The notes below the pieces were generated by a model. It was not told the origin of the DNA. It did not search any database and worked only from the letters and a program-made list of their open reading frames with translations. The translations under genes were made by a program, and so were the position numbers. This document shows positions 8,783 through 17,432 of a DNA stretch of 64,000 nt, one piece after another (within the stretch, counting starts at the first letter, position 1; every line of letters starts with the position of its first letter). The stretch lies in assembly GCA_038206295.1 (NCBI GenBank), contig JBBRAZ010000018.1:8728-72727 (forward strand). Direction: 5' to 3'. The stretch is from Acidimicrobiales bacterium. Lineage in GTDB: Bacteria; Actinomycetota; Acidimicrobiia; Acidimicrobiales; JBBRAZ01.

Positions 8783-10633
8783 GTGATCACGGCGGTGCTC
8801 CGCCGGCGTGTGAGCCCGGTGCTGCTGCGCCGCGGCGCGGTCGGGGTGGCAGCGGTCGCTGGGCTGCTCCTGGTCGTGGCGGCGCTGCGAGCTGCCAGCG
8901 GTGAGTGGCTCAGCACGGGGGACAACGCAGCCATCGAGATGCGCGTGCGCGATGTGGGATCTTCGGACACGCCCGTGCTCGGCGCCTACTCGCGGTTCGG
9001 CTTCCTCTATCCGGGGCCGTTGCTCTTCTGGGTGCTGGCGGTGCCGTACCGACTCGTCGGTGCCTCCTCGCTGTTCGCCGCGGCGGGCCTCCTGAGCGCG
9101 CTGACGGTGGGCGCGGTGGTGCTCGTGGGACGCCGCTCCAGACACAACGGCTTCGCACTGGTCGCCACCCTCCTCGTCCTGCTGCTCGCACGCGCCCAGG
9201 GCGTCGAGCTCCTCGATCCGTGGAACCCGTGGGTTCCGGTGTGCTGGCTCGTCGTGCTCTTCCTGGTCTCGTGGCGCATCGCACTCGGCGAGGTGCAGCT
9301 GCTGCCGGTCGGGGCCCTCCTCACCTCGTTCCTCGTGCAGAGCCACCTCCAGTACTCGTGGCCCAGCCTGGTGCTGGTCCTGTGGAGCACAGCGGCAGGT
9401 GCGCACGCGGCGTGGGCGGCGGCGCACGCCGCAGACGCCGACACGCTCATTCGTGCCCGGCGGAGCTGGTGGCGCACCGCCGTTCTGCTGGCCGCAGTCG
9501 TGCTGGTGTCGTGGATGGGGCCGATGGTGGATCACCTGACGAGCGAGTCCTCCAACATGTCGCGCATCGTGGCGTTCGTGACCGCCGGAGACGACCCGAA
9601 CGTCGACCCGATGACGTACGACCGCGGGGAGGCGCTCCGTGAGGTCGGCTACGCGGTGCGGCCGCTCGCACCGTGGACGACGGGCGTCGATCACTTCTGG
9701 ATCCGGCCGACGGGTCGCGACGTGGTGTGGCTCACCGCGCTCGGGACGCTCGTGATCGCGCTGTCGGTGCGGCTGCGGCGAGCCGGGGAGCGCGAGGCCG
9801 CCGCCCTGCTCACCGCTGCTGGTCTCGTGGTGGTCGGCGCCTACCTCCAGGTGCTGGGTCTTCGTGGTCCGCCCACGCAGTACCTCGTGCGCTTCCTGTG
9901 GCCGGTGGCCGCCTGCCTCTGGTTGGCGATCCTGTGGGGGGCCTGGCGGGCGCTGCCCGGACGCTGGCGCGTCCTGGTCCGCACCCCGGCGGCGTTCGCG
10001 CTCTTCGTTCTGCTCGCCGGTGCGCTGCTCGGCCTCGGTGGAGAGGTGCTCGCCGAGCACCAGGACTCCGCCGACGCGCTCCTCATCGAGGACGTGGGGC
10101 CAGAGCTGCTGGACGTGCTGCCCGATGACGAGGTGGTCTCGGTCCGCCACCGGGGGGCGTTGGGGTTCATGCCGCTGGCGATGACGCTGTACCTCGAGCG
10201 CGAGGGCCAGCCCGTCGCGGTGGGCGAGCCGTACCGACAGATCGCAGGTGACAGCAGGGTGGGTCGCGAGCCGGACACCGTGGTGACGGTGGTGGAGGGC
10301 TACGGGGTCGACGCCTGGCTCGCCCAGTCCGATGCAGGGGTCGATGGCCTCGAGCTGGTCGCGTTGCGCGAGTCGGCGCTCGGCGCACGCGAGCACTCGA
10401 GCGCGCTCGAGGCCCGGCGGGCGCTGCTCGCCTGCGACGTGCGCACAGAGGCCGAGGTCGACCGGGCCCTGTCCGACCAGGCCTATGGGAGCCTCCGGGA
10501 GGCGGGTATGACCTGCCCGGACGCGATCCGGCCGATCGACGAGGCGGAGCGCGCCATGCAGGCCTCGATCGCCGATGGACGCTGGGGTCGCTACGCGGTG
10601 TTCATCCAACCCATCGAGTCGCTGCGCCGATGA
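8783..10633 (+). CDS. Large polytopic membrane protein with a soluble C-terminal domain, function unknown
   Basis: GTG 8783 lies 17 nt after the hemC stop. About 10 TM helices over the first ~430 aa, then a hydrophilic ~180-aa domain. The track start 8363 would overlap hemC out of frame. Confidence 0.6.
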   Translation: MITAVLRRRVSPVLLRRGAVGVAAVAGLLLVVAALRAASGEWLSTGDNAAIEMRVRDVGSSDTPVLGAYSRFGFLYPGPLLFWVLAVPYRLVGASSLFAAAGLLSALTVGAVVLVGRRSRHNGFALVATLLVLLLARAQGVELLDPWNPWVPVCWLVVLFLVSWRIALGEVQLLPVGALLTSFLVQSHLQYSWPSLVLVLWSTAAGAHAAWAAAHAADADTLIRARRSWWRTAVLLAAVVLVSWMGPMVDHLTSESSNMSRIVAFVTAGDDPNVDPMTYDRGEALREVGYAVRPLAPWTTGVDHFWIRPTGRDVVWLTALGTLVIALSVRLRRAGEREAAALLTAAGLVVVGAYLQVLGLRGPPTQYLVRFLWPVAACLWLAILWGAWRALPGRWRVLVRTPAAFALFVLLAGALLGLGGEVLAEHQDSADALLIEDVGPELLDVLPDDEVVSVRHRGALGFMPLAMTLYLEREGQPVAVGEPYRQIAGDSRVGREPDTVVTVVEGYGVDAWLAQSDAGVDGLELVALRESALGAREHSSALEARRALLACDVRTEAEVDRALSDQAYGSLREAGMTCPDAIRPIDEAERAMQASIADGRWGRYAVFIQPIESLRR

Positions 10634-10664
10634 CGCCGACCGCTGCACGCCGTACGCTGGGGAC

Positions 10665-12125
10665 ATGACGGTCGCCCTCGTCGGTGCAGGTCCCGGCGAT
10701 CCCGGCCTGCTCACCGTGCGGGGGGCCGACCTGCTTGCGGCAGCGGAGGTGGTCATCTACGACCGGCTGTCGGTCGTCGAGTTCTTGCGCCTCGCTCCGG
10801 CGGGTGCGGAGCGCATCGACGTCGGCAAGCGCCCAGGTGCACCGGGGCCGACGCAGGACGAGATCACGGCCCTGCTCGTCGAGCGCGGCCGGCGCGGGCA
10901 GCGCGTGGTGCGCCTCAAGGGCGGGGACCCGTTCGTGTTCGCTCGGGGCGGCGAGGAGGCCGCCGCGCTCGAGGCGGCCGGCATCGAGTACGAGGTCGTG
11001 CCCGGGATCTCGTCCGCCATCGCTGCACCCGCCTACGCCGGCATCCCGGTGACGCTGCGCCACTCGTCCACCTCGTTCACGGTGGTCACCGGGCACGAGG
11101 ACCCCGACAAGGGCGGTGAGCTCGACTGGGACGCCGTGGCACGCCTCGGTGGAACGATCGTGATCCTCATGGGCATCGGCCGCCTGCCGAAGATCGTCGC
11201 CCGCCTGCTCGATGGCGGGCTGGCACCCGAGACGCCTGTGGCGTCGGTGACGTGGGGGACGCGCCCGGAGCAGACCACGGTGCGCGCCACGCTGGGGACG
11301 ATCCTCGACCGCCTCGATGAGCTGCACCCGCCATCGGTGATCGTCATCGGTCGGGTCGCAGCCGAGGAGCTCGGCTGGTTCACCCGGCGTCCCCTGCTGG
11401 GGCGGCGGGTCGTGGTGACCCGGACCCGCCAGCAAGCCTCAGCCCTCGTCGACGCGCTTCGCGCGCTGGGCGCGGCACCGGTGGAGGTCCCGCTCATCGA
11501 GATCGAGGCGCCGAGCGACGACGGCGCAGCGCTGCGCTCGGCCGTCGCCGCTCTCACCGGTGTCGCCTGGGTGGTGCTCACATCGCCCAACGGCGCCGAG
11601 CGGTTCTGCGCCGCGCTGCGCGACGGACGGGACCTCGCCGGCGTCCGCCTCGCCGCCATCGGGCCGGGCACCGCGGCTGTCCTCGCGCAGCACCACCTCG
11701 TCGTCGACCTGGTGCCGGAGCGCTACGTGGCCGAGGCGCTCCTGGACGCGATGCCCGACGCACCGCCGGGTGGGGGTCGCATCGTGCTGGCGCGTGCGGA
11801 GGCGGCGCGCGACGTGCTCCCCGACGGGCTGCGATCCAGGGGTTGGGACGTCGAGGTCGTCGCCGCCTACCGAACGGCGCCGGTGGCGCCCGATGAGCTG
11901 GCGCACGCCGCGGTGGCGAGCGCCGATGCGATCACCTTCACATCGTCATCGACGGTGACGTCGTTCGTGGATGCGTTCGGCACCGGCGCGCTGCCGCCGA
12001 CGGTGGCCTGCATCGGGCCGATCACCGCAGCCACCGCCCGATCGCTGGGCATCGAGGTCGACGTGGAGGCTGAGGAGCACACCATCGCCGGGCTCGTCGA
12101 AGCGCTGCGCACGCACCTCGCGTAG
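10665..12125 (+). CDS. cobA/hemD: Bifunctional uroporphyrinogen-III C-methyltransferase / uroporphyrinogen-III synthase
   Basis: N-terminal SUMT motifs VGAGPGDPGLLTVRG, VVRLKGGDPFVFARGGEE, VPGISSAIAAPAYAGIPVT. C-terminal half is HemD-like (VVVTRTRQQASAL...AIGPGTAAVL...CIGPITAATA). Confidence 0.9.
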   Translation: MTVALVGAGPGDPGLLTVRGADLLAAAEVVIYDRLSVVEFLRLAPAGAERIDVGKRPGAPGPTQDEITALLVERGRRGQRVVRLKGGDPFVFARGGEEAAALEAAGIEYEVVPGISSAIAAPAYAGIPVTLRHSSTSFTVVTGHEDPDKGGELDWDAVARLGGTIVILMGIGRLPKIVARLLDGGLAPETPVASVTWGTRPEQTTVRATLGTILDRLDELHPPSVIVIGRVAAEELGWFTRRPLLGRRVVVTRTRQQASALVDALRALGAAPVEVPLIEIEAPSDDGAALRSAVAALTGVAWVVLTSPNGAERFCAALRDGRDLAGVRLAAIGPGTAAVLAQHHLVVDLVPERYVAEALLDAMPDAPPGGGRIVLARAEAARDVLPDGLRSRGWDVEVVAAYRTAPVAPDELAHAAVASADAITFTSSSTVTSFVDAFGTGALPPTVACIGPITAATARSLGIEVDVEAEEHTIAGLVEALRTHLA

Positions 12126-12151
12126 CCCCCCACCACGCCAGCTGCCGACAT

Positions 12152-12190
12152 CTCGGTGATCGGCGTCGGTAGACGACGCCGATCACCGAG
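12152..12190 (+). terminator. Perfect 17-bp stem / 5-nt loop hairpin after cobA/hemD
   Basis: CTCGGTGATCGGCGTCG-gtaga-CGACGCCGATCACCGAG followed by ATTT. Begins 27 nt after the stop codon. Confidence 0.5.
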
Positions 12191-12257
12191 ATTTCGCACA
12201 TCAGAGGAGTGGGGCTGGCGTGAGGGATGTGGCGTCTGGACCTCCTAGCATCTGCAG

Positions 12258-13241
12258 GTGACCTTTCCCGAGCAGCGCCTCCGCCGCCTCCGCCGCACCC
12301 CGGCGCTGCGCCGCATGGTGGCCGAGACCCGCCTGTCGGTCGACGACCTGGTCGCGCCGCTGTTCGTGCGCGAGGGCATCGACGAGCCGCAGCCCATCGC
12401 CTCGCTGCCCGGCGTCGTCCAGCACACCGCCGGGTCCGTCGTCGACGAGGTGCGCTCGCTGCGAGACCTGGGCATCCCCGGCGTCATCCTCTTCGGCGTG
12501 CCGAGCACGAAGGACCCGGCCGGCCTCGGGGCGTCGGACCCCGACGGCATCGCTCAGGTGGCGCTGCGGGCGGTGCGCGACGCGGTGGGTGACGACGTCG
12601 TGCTCATGGCCGACCTCTGCCTCGACGAGTACACCGACCACGGCCACTGCGGCCTGCTCACCGACGCCGGCGAGGTCGACAACGACGCCACGCTCGAGCG
12701 CTACGCGGCGGTCGCCATCGCCCAGGCCGACGCCGGCGCGGCGATCGTCGCGCCCTCGGGGATGATGGACGGGCAGGTAGCCGCCATCCGCTCGGCGCTC
12801 GACGGCGCCGGCCACGAGCAGGTGGCCATCCTCGCCTATGCGGCAAAGTACGCGTCGGGGCTGTACGGCCCGTTCCGAGACGCGGTGGACGTGGAGATCG
12901 TCGGCGGCGGTGATCGCAAGGCGTACCAGCAGGACTGGCGCAACGCCCGCGAGGCGGCCGCCGAGCTGCGCGCGGACGTGGCTGAGGGAGCCGACATCGT
13001 GATGGTGAAGCCGGCGTTGACGTACCTCGACGTCATCACCCGCGCCCGCGCCGAGCTGGATGTTCCGATCGCTGCGTACCACGTGTCCGGCGAGTACGCG
13101 ATGGTGCACGCCGCGGCCGAGCGAGGGTGGATAGACGGGCAAGCGGTCATGCTCGAGCAGCTCACCGCGATCCGTCGCGCGGGGGCTGATCTCGTGCTCA
13201 CGTACTTCGCCCGCGATGCCGCCGAGCTGCTCGGATCCTGA
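12258..13241 (+). CDS. hemB: Porphobilinogen synthase (delta-aminolevulinate dehydratase)
   Basis: RLRRLRRTPALRRMV, LFGVP, MVKPALTYLD (Schiff-base Lys), YHVSGEYAM. Confidence 0.93.
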   Translation: MTFPEQRLRRLRRTPALRRMVAETRLSVDDLVAPLFVREGIDEPQPIASLPGVVQHTAGSVVDEVRSLRDLGIPGVILFGVPSTKDPAGLGASDPDGIAQVALRAVRDAVGDDVVLMADLCLDEYTDHGHCGLLTDAGEVDNDATLERYAAVAIAQADAGAAIVAPSGMMDGQVAAIRSALDGAGHEQVAILAYAAKYASGLYGPFRDAVDVEIVGGGDRKAYQQDWRNAREAAAELRADVAEGADIVMVKPALTYLDVITRARAELDVPIAAYHVSGEYAMVHAAAERGWIDGQAVMLEQLTAIRRAGADLVLTYFARDAAELLGS

Positions 13242-13251
13242 GGAGGCCCCG

Positions 13252-14496
13252 GTGACCAACGAGGAGCTGTTCGAGCGCGCCCAGCGAGTCATCCCCGGCG
13301 GCGTGTCGTCGCCGGTGCGGGCGTTCCGCTCGGTCGGGGGCGTGCCGCGATTCGTGGCACGCGCCGAGGGGGCCCGGGTGTGGGATGTCGAGGGACGGCC
13401 GTACCTCGACCTGGTGCAGAGCTACGGCGCGATCATCGCCGGCCATGCCCACCCTGCGGTGGTTGCAGCCATCACCGAGGCTGCAGCTGGCGGCACGTCC
13501 TACGGCGCGCCGACCGAGCGCGAGGTGCTCCTGGCCGAGGCGATCGGCGAGCGCGTGCCGTCGGTCGAGCTGGTGCGGTTCGTGAGCAGCGGCACGGAGG
13601 CCACCATGTCAGCGATCCGGGTGGCGCGCGGCTTCACAGGTCGAGCGAAGATCCTCAAGTTCGCGGGCTGCTACCACGGCCACAGCGACGGCCTGCTGGT
13701 GGCGGGCGGCACCGGCCTGGCGATGCTGGGCCTGCCTGGCTCTGCGGGTGTGACCGAGCACCAGGTGGCCGACACGATCGTGGCGCCCTACAACGTCGTG
13801 CCGACGCTGGACGACGACGTCGCCTGCGTCATCGTCGAGCCGGTCGCTGCGAACATGGGATTGGTGGTGCCGGGGCCGGGCTTCCTCGAGGGGTTGCGAG
13901 CCGAGTGCGACCGCGTCGGCGCGCTCCTCATCTTCGACGAGGTCATCACCGGCTTCCGCGTCGCCCGCGGTGGAGCGCAGTCGTTGGTCGGGGTCACGCC
14001 CGATCTCACCTGCTTCGGCAAGGTCATCGGCGGCGGTCTGCCCATCGGCGCGTTCGGCGGGCGTCGCGATGTCATGGAGGTGCTGGCGCCGCTCGGGCCG
14101 GTGTACCAAGCCGGGACGCTGTCGGGGAACCCGCTGGCCACCGCCGCTGGGCTGGCCGTGCTCGAGCTGCTCGACGGTGGCGCCTACGACGCGCTGCGCA
14201 CCTCGGCGACGCGCCTCGCGAGCATGTTCACCGACGCGCTCGCGGCTGCCGGCATCCCGGCGCAGGCGCCGCGCTTCGAGACGCTGGTCGGGTTGCACCT
14301 CGCCGCTGATCCCGCCGTCGACTACGAGACAGCGCAGCGAACCGACGAGCAGCAGTACGCGCGGCTGTTCCACGCCCTGCTCGACCAGGGCGTGCACCTC
14401 GCTCCCGGCGCCTACGAGGTCCTCTTCCCCGGCCTCGCCCACACCGACGATGTGCTGAGCGAGCTCGCCACCGCGCTCTCGAATGCGCTGCGCTGA
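13252..14496 (+). CDS. hemL: Glutamate-1-semialdehyde 2,1-aminomutase
   Basis: AGGAGG then GTG 13252. IPGGVSSPVRAF, FVSSGTEATMSAIRVARG, DEVITGFR, FGKVIGGGLP (PLP Lys). Confidence 0.93.
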   Translation: MTNEELFERAQRVIPGGVSSPVRAFRSVGGVPRFVARAEGARVWDVEGRPYLDLVQSYGAIIAGHAHPAVVAAITEAAAGGTSYGAPTEREVLLAEAIGERVPSVELVRFVSSGTEATMSAIRVARGFTGRAKILKFAGCYHGHSDGLLVAGGTGLAMLGLPGSAGVTEHQVADTIVAPYNVVPTLDDDVACVIVEPVAANMGLVVPGPGFLEGLRAECDRVGALLIFDEVITGFRVARGGAQSLVGVTPDLTCFGKVIGGGLPIGAFGGRRDVMEVLAPLGPVYQAGTLSGNPLATAAGLAVLELLDGGAYDALRTSATRLASMFTDALAAAGIPAQAPRFETLVGLHLAADPAVDYETAQRTDEQQYARLFHALLDQGVHLAPGAYEVLFPGLAHTDDVLSELATALSNALR

Positions 14497-14546
14497 CGCA
14501 GCTGGAGCACGAGGGGCACTCGCCGTGTGACGGTCCGTCGACGGGG

Positions 14547-14581
14547 GCGACCTCTGTGCGTTCGAAGGAACGTAGGGTCGC
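14547..14581. terminator. Compound hairpin between convergent hemL and the ATPase gene
   Basis: GCGACC...CGTTC-gaag-GAACG...GGTCGC. No U-tract, so weak. Confidence 0.3.
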
Positions 14582-14610
14582 TGCATCAGCTAGCGCCACC
14601 ACCGCAGTGC

Positions 14611-16002
14611 TCAGGTGGGCGAGAACACATCCGCGGCGGTCACCGCCAGCGTGCGCTCCGGAAGGGGACCGCGGACCTCCTCCCGTGCTGCCACCACCGT
14701 GATCAGGCCGTCCGCGACCCTGGGAAGGAACGCCGCCTTGCGACGCAGGTCGGCTGCGAGTCTCACCCCGTCGACCCGACGCGCCCACTTCGCCTCTGCG
14801 ACTGCGACGGCGACCCGATCTCGTCCTGCGAGCACGACGGCGTCGATCTCGACTGACTCGCGAGCGTCGGTCCAGTACGGACCGACCGCGACCCCGTCGG
14901 TGAGTGCTCCCTCTCGAACCATGCGTCGCAGGTGCCAGCGGACCGCCTCCTCCCACACGGGCCCCATGTGGCGATCGAGATCGGCAACCAGCGCGTCCAC
15001 GATCGTGTCGCCGAGCGATCGATCGATCTCACTTCGGTAGCGGTCGACCGCCCCGAGCCAGAACGCGAGGAAGTTGTCGCTGACGCGGTAGATGCGTCGG
15101 CGCGTCCGGCGGGGGTCCTCGGTCACCGGGGTGAGACGCTCGACGAGCCTGAGATCGACCAAGGTCTCGAGCACTCGCGTCGGGTCGGCCCGCACGGTGT
15201 CGGCGATCTCGTTGTGGCGCGTACGCCCCAGCGCGATGGCGTAGAGCACTCGCCGCGCAAGGTCGCCTGCGGAAAGCTCGGACGCGAGGACCAACGAGCC
15301 TTCGGTCAGCAGGGGAGCGCCCGGCTGGCAGAAGAGTCGGCGCACGTTGTGCCGAACGCTATGGCCTTGATCCCACAGGCTGAGGTAGTGGGGCATGCCT
15401 CCGCAGATCCCCCACACGAGTGCGCGGTCGGCGGCAGCGAGATCGGTCAGCATCAGCGCCGCATCAGCCGGCTCGAAGGGGTGGAGCTGCAGACGGAGGT
15501 CGAAGCGGCCGAAGAGCGGCGCACGTTCGTCCAGCATCGCTGTCATGGCGTGCATCGCCGAGCCGGCCACGAGCAGGCGGAGCTGCGTCGAGCCTTGGGC
15601 CTTGTCCCAGAACGCTCGCAGCACGTTGGGCAGCTCGGGCGCCGTTGCGACGAGCTCCGGGAACTCGTCGAGCACGACGAGCAGCGGCTCCTCGCTCGCG
15701 ACGCCAGCAAGCGTGGCGAGTGCATGGTCGAGGTCGACGAACCGGTCGCCGAGGCCGTCATCAGACCGGAGCACGCCGGCGTCCCTGCACGCCGCGTGGA
15801 GCAGCCGGAGCTCATCACCGAGGGGCCGCCCGGTTGCGGTGTGGTAGACGCTTCGCCGTCCATCAGCGAGGCGCTGCAGCAGCGCGGTCTTGCCGACGCG
15901 GCGTCGACCCCACACGATGCCCATTCGGCCACCACGGCCGCCCACGCACCACTCGTCGAGAAGCTGGAGCTCGCGGTGCCGGTTGACGAAGTCTGGTGCC
16001 AT
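14611..16002 (-). CDS. ATP-binding protein of the archaeal-ATPase / DUF234 family
   Basis: FVNRHRELQLL...GIVWGRRRVGKTALL (Walker A), LLVVLDEFPEL (Walker B), C-terminal DUF234-like tail (YWTDARESVEIDAVVLAG...VAEAKW). ATG 16002 chosen, because the track start 16149 runs through the upstream repeat array. Confidence 0.8.
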   Translation of the reverse strand: MAPDFVNRHRELQLLDEWCVGGRGGRMGIVWGRRRVGKTALLQRLADGRRSVYHTATGRPLGDELRLLHAACRDAGVLRSDDGLGDRFVDLDHALATLAGVASEEPLLVVLDEFPELVATAPELPNVLRAFWDKAQGSTQLRLLVAGSAMHAMTAMLDERAPLFGRFDLRLQLHPFEPADAALMLTDLAAADRALVWGICGGMPHYLSLWDQGHSVRHNVRRLFCQPGAPLLTEGSLVLASELSAGDLARRVLYAIALGRTRHNEIADTVRADPTRVLETLVDLRLVERLTPVTEDPRRTRRRIYRVSDNFLAFWLGAVDRYRSEIDRSLGDTIVDALVADLDRHMGPVWEEAVRWHLRRMVREGALTDGVAVGPYWTDARESVEIDAVVLAGRDRVAVAVAEAKWARRVDGVRLAADLRRKAAFLPRVADGLITVVAAREEVRGPLPERTLAVTAADVFSPT

Positions 16003-16016
16003 GGGCCGCACTATAC

Positions 16017-16064
16017 CGACATACCATGTCGGCGACATACCATGTCGGCGACATAGTATGTCGG
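16017..16064. promoter_or_regulatory. Three tandem 16-bp palindromic units (CGACAT-N3-ATGTCG-G) directly upstream of the ATPase start
   Basis: cgacataccatgtcgg / cgacataccatgtcgg / cgacatagtatgtcgg. The first unit begins 15 nt upstream of ATG 16002. AT-rich relative to the ~70% GC surroundings. Confidence 0.55.
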
Positions 16065-16106
16065 TAATCCTGTGAATGGGCGAGGCGCGAGTTCGGGCCG
16101 ACCGAC

Positions 16107-16147
16107 GTGCGTAGGTGAGTGCGTGGATCCGCAGCTCACCTACGCAC
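16107..16147 (-). terminator. 17-bp stem hairpin (one bulge) downstream of the anti-sigma-like gene
   Basis: GTGCGTAGGTGAGTGCG-tggatc-CGCAGCTCACCTACGCAC, 16 nt after the stop at 16163. It separates that gene from the ATPase promoter region. Confidence 0.45.
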
Positions 16148-16162
16148 ATCGAGAAGCGACGA

Positions 16163-16777
16163 TCAGCCGGCGGGTGCCGGGAACGCCTCGTCGAAGATGG
16201 CCTGAAGCTCGGGGGTGGCCGGGCCGCTGAAGCCGCAGCCGTTCACCACGCCACCCGCCGCGGTGACGAGGTACGACTCGCCGACGACGAACTCCACGCC
16301 CTCGATCGAGATCGTCGCCTCGGCCGGAGCGGTGAGCGCCACCTGCTCGGCGTCGCCTCCGACGTACCACTCGTTCACGTCGAGCAGCACCTGGTCGCCG
16401 TCGATCGAGACCGGCGTGGCGCGGAAGGCCGTCTCCATCGCACCGAGTGTCGTGGCATCGATCGCCATGCAGCTGGTCATGGTGATCCCCGGCTCGGGGG
16501 TGGTGAGCTCGAGCGGGGGGCCGGCGGCGACCGGTGCGTCGTCGCCGCTGTCGTCGCCTCCACCGCCGGCGAGCAGCGCGAACGCCACCACGCACGCGGC
16601 GACCGCAGCCAACGCCGCGATGGCGATGGTCCGTCGGGGTGCTCCGGTCTTTGTTTCCTCGGTGTCCATGATCTCCTCCAGGAGGTCCGGGGCGTCGCCG
16701 CCCGTGATGTGGTCCACGGGCACGCCGTCGGGGAGGGGGTCGATGCGCCGGAGGCGATCGTGCAGGTCCTCGGTCAT
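16163..16777 (-). CDS. Single-pass membrane protein, putative anti-sigma factor
   Basis: ATG overlaps the sigma gene stop (ATGA). Cytoplasmic N-terminus, one TM (TIAIAALAAVAACVVAFALLAG), extracytoplasmic ~130-aa domain. The anti-sigma call rests on position only. Confidence 0.5.
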   Translation of the reverse strand: MTEDLHDRLRRIDPLPDGVPVDHITGGDAPDLLEEIMDTEETKTGAPRRTIAIAALAAVAACVVAFALLAGGGGDDSGDDAPVAAGPPLELTTPEPGITMTSCMAIDATTLGAMETAFRATPVSIDGDQVLLDVNEWYVGGDAEQVALTAPAEATISIEGVEFVVGESYLVTAAGGVVNGCGFSGPATPELQAIFDEAFPAPAG

Positions 16778-17367
16778 GTCGTCGCTCCTCGCGCGTGTCC
16801 ACCGCTCCTGTGTTCGGCAGGTGCCGCGTCCTTTCGCTCCTCGAGCGCGCGGCGCAGGCGACCGTGCGCTCGGTGCAGGCGGATGCTCGCCGCGTTGGGG
16901 GTGATATCGAGAACGGTTGCGATCTCGCCGGCGCCGAGGGCCTCCCACGCCGAGAGGCGCAGCAGCTCCTGGTCGGCGTCGCTGAGCGTGCCGAGCGCGT
17001 CCAGCAGCTCGGGGTCGTCGGGCGCATCGACCGATGCGGCATCGCTCGGCCGACCATCCAATCCCGCCACCGGCGCTCGCTGCGCGCCGACGCGCCGCAC
17101 GAGGGCGAGGTGTCGGACGCCCGAGCGGCGGCGGTTGGCGAGGCATCGGCGGGCCACCCCGTAGCACCAGGGCAGCTCGGCGCCGACCGGCACGTCGTCG
17201 AGACGGCGCCACACCACCAGCAGCGCGTCGGCCCAGACGTCGTGGGCATCCTCAGGTGAGGCGCGGCGCCCCAGGTACCGCGCCAACGGGTCGCCGACGA
17301 GCGTCACCAGCGCAACGAACCGCTCGCGCCGCACCGGGTCGTGATCAGGGCTCGGGCTCACCCCCAC
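16774..17367 (-). CDS. ECF-type RNA polymerase sigma-70 factor
   Basis: Region 2 DAHDVWADALLVVWRRLDDV...WCYGVARRCLANRRR. Region 4 LSDADQELLRLSAWEALGAGEIATVLDITPNAASIRLHRAHGRLR. GGAGG 5 nt before the GTG. Confidence 0.85.
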   Translation of the reverse strand: MGVSPSPDHDPVRRERFVALVTLVGDPLARYLGRRASPEDAHDVWADALLVVWRRLDDVPVGAELPWCYGVARRCLANRRRSGVRHLALVRRVGAQRAPVAGLDGRPSDAASVDAPDDPELLDALGTLSDADQELLRLSAWEALGAGEIATVLDITPNAASIRLHRAHGRLRRALEERKDAAPAEHRSGGHARGATT

Positions 17368-17432
17368 CTCCTGTCCGGCTCCGCCCTGGATCTTTCACCT
17401 CCCGCCCATCCTGGAGGGACGGCGAGGGGTCG

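Noticed and set aside
16017-16064. Possibility that the tandem 16-bp repeats are a mini CRISPR array.
   Set aside because: The units are contiguous with no spacers, there are only three copies, there are no cas genes, and they sit exactly in a promoter position. An operator interpretation is preferred.
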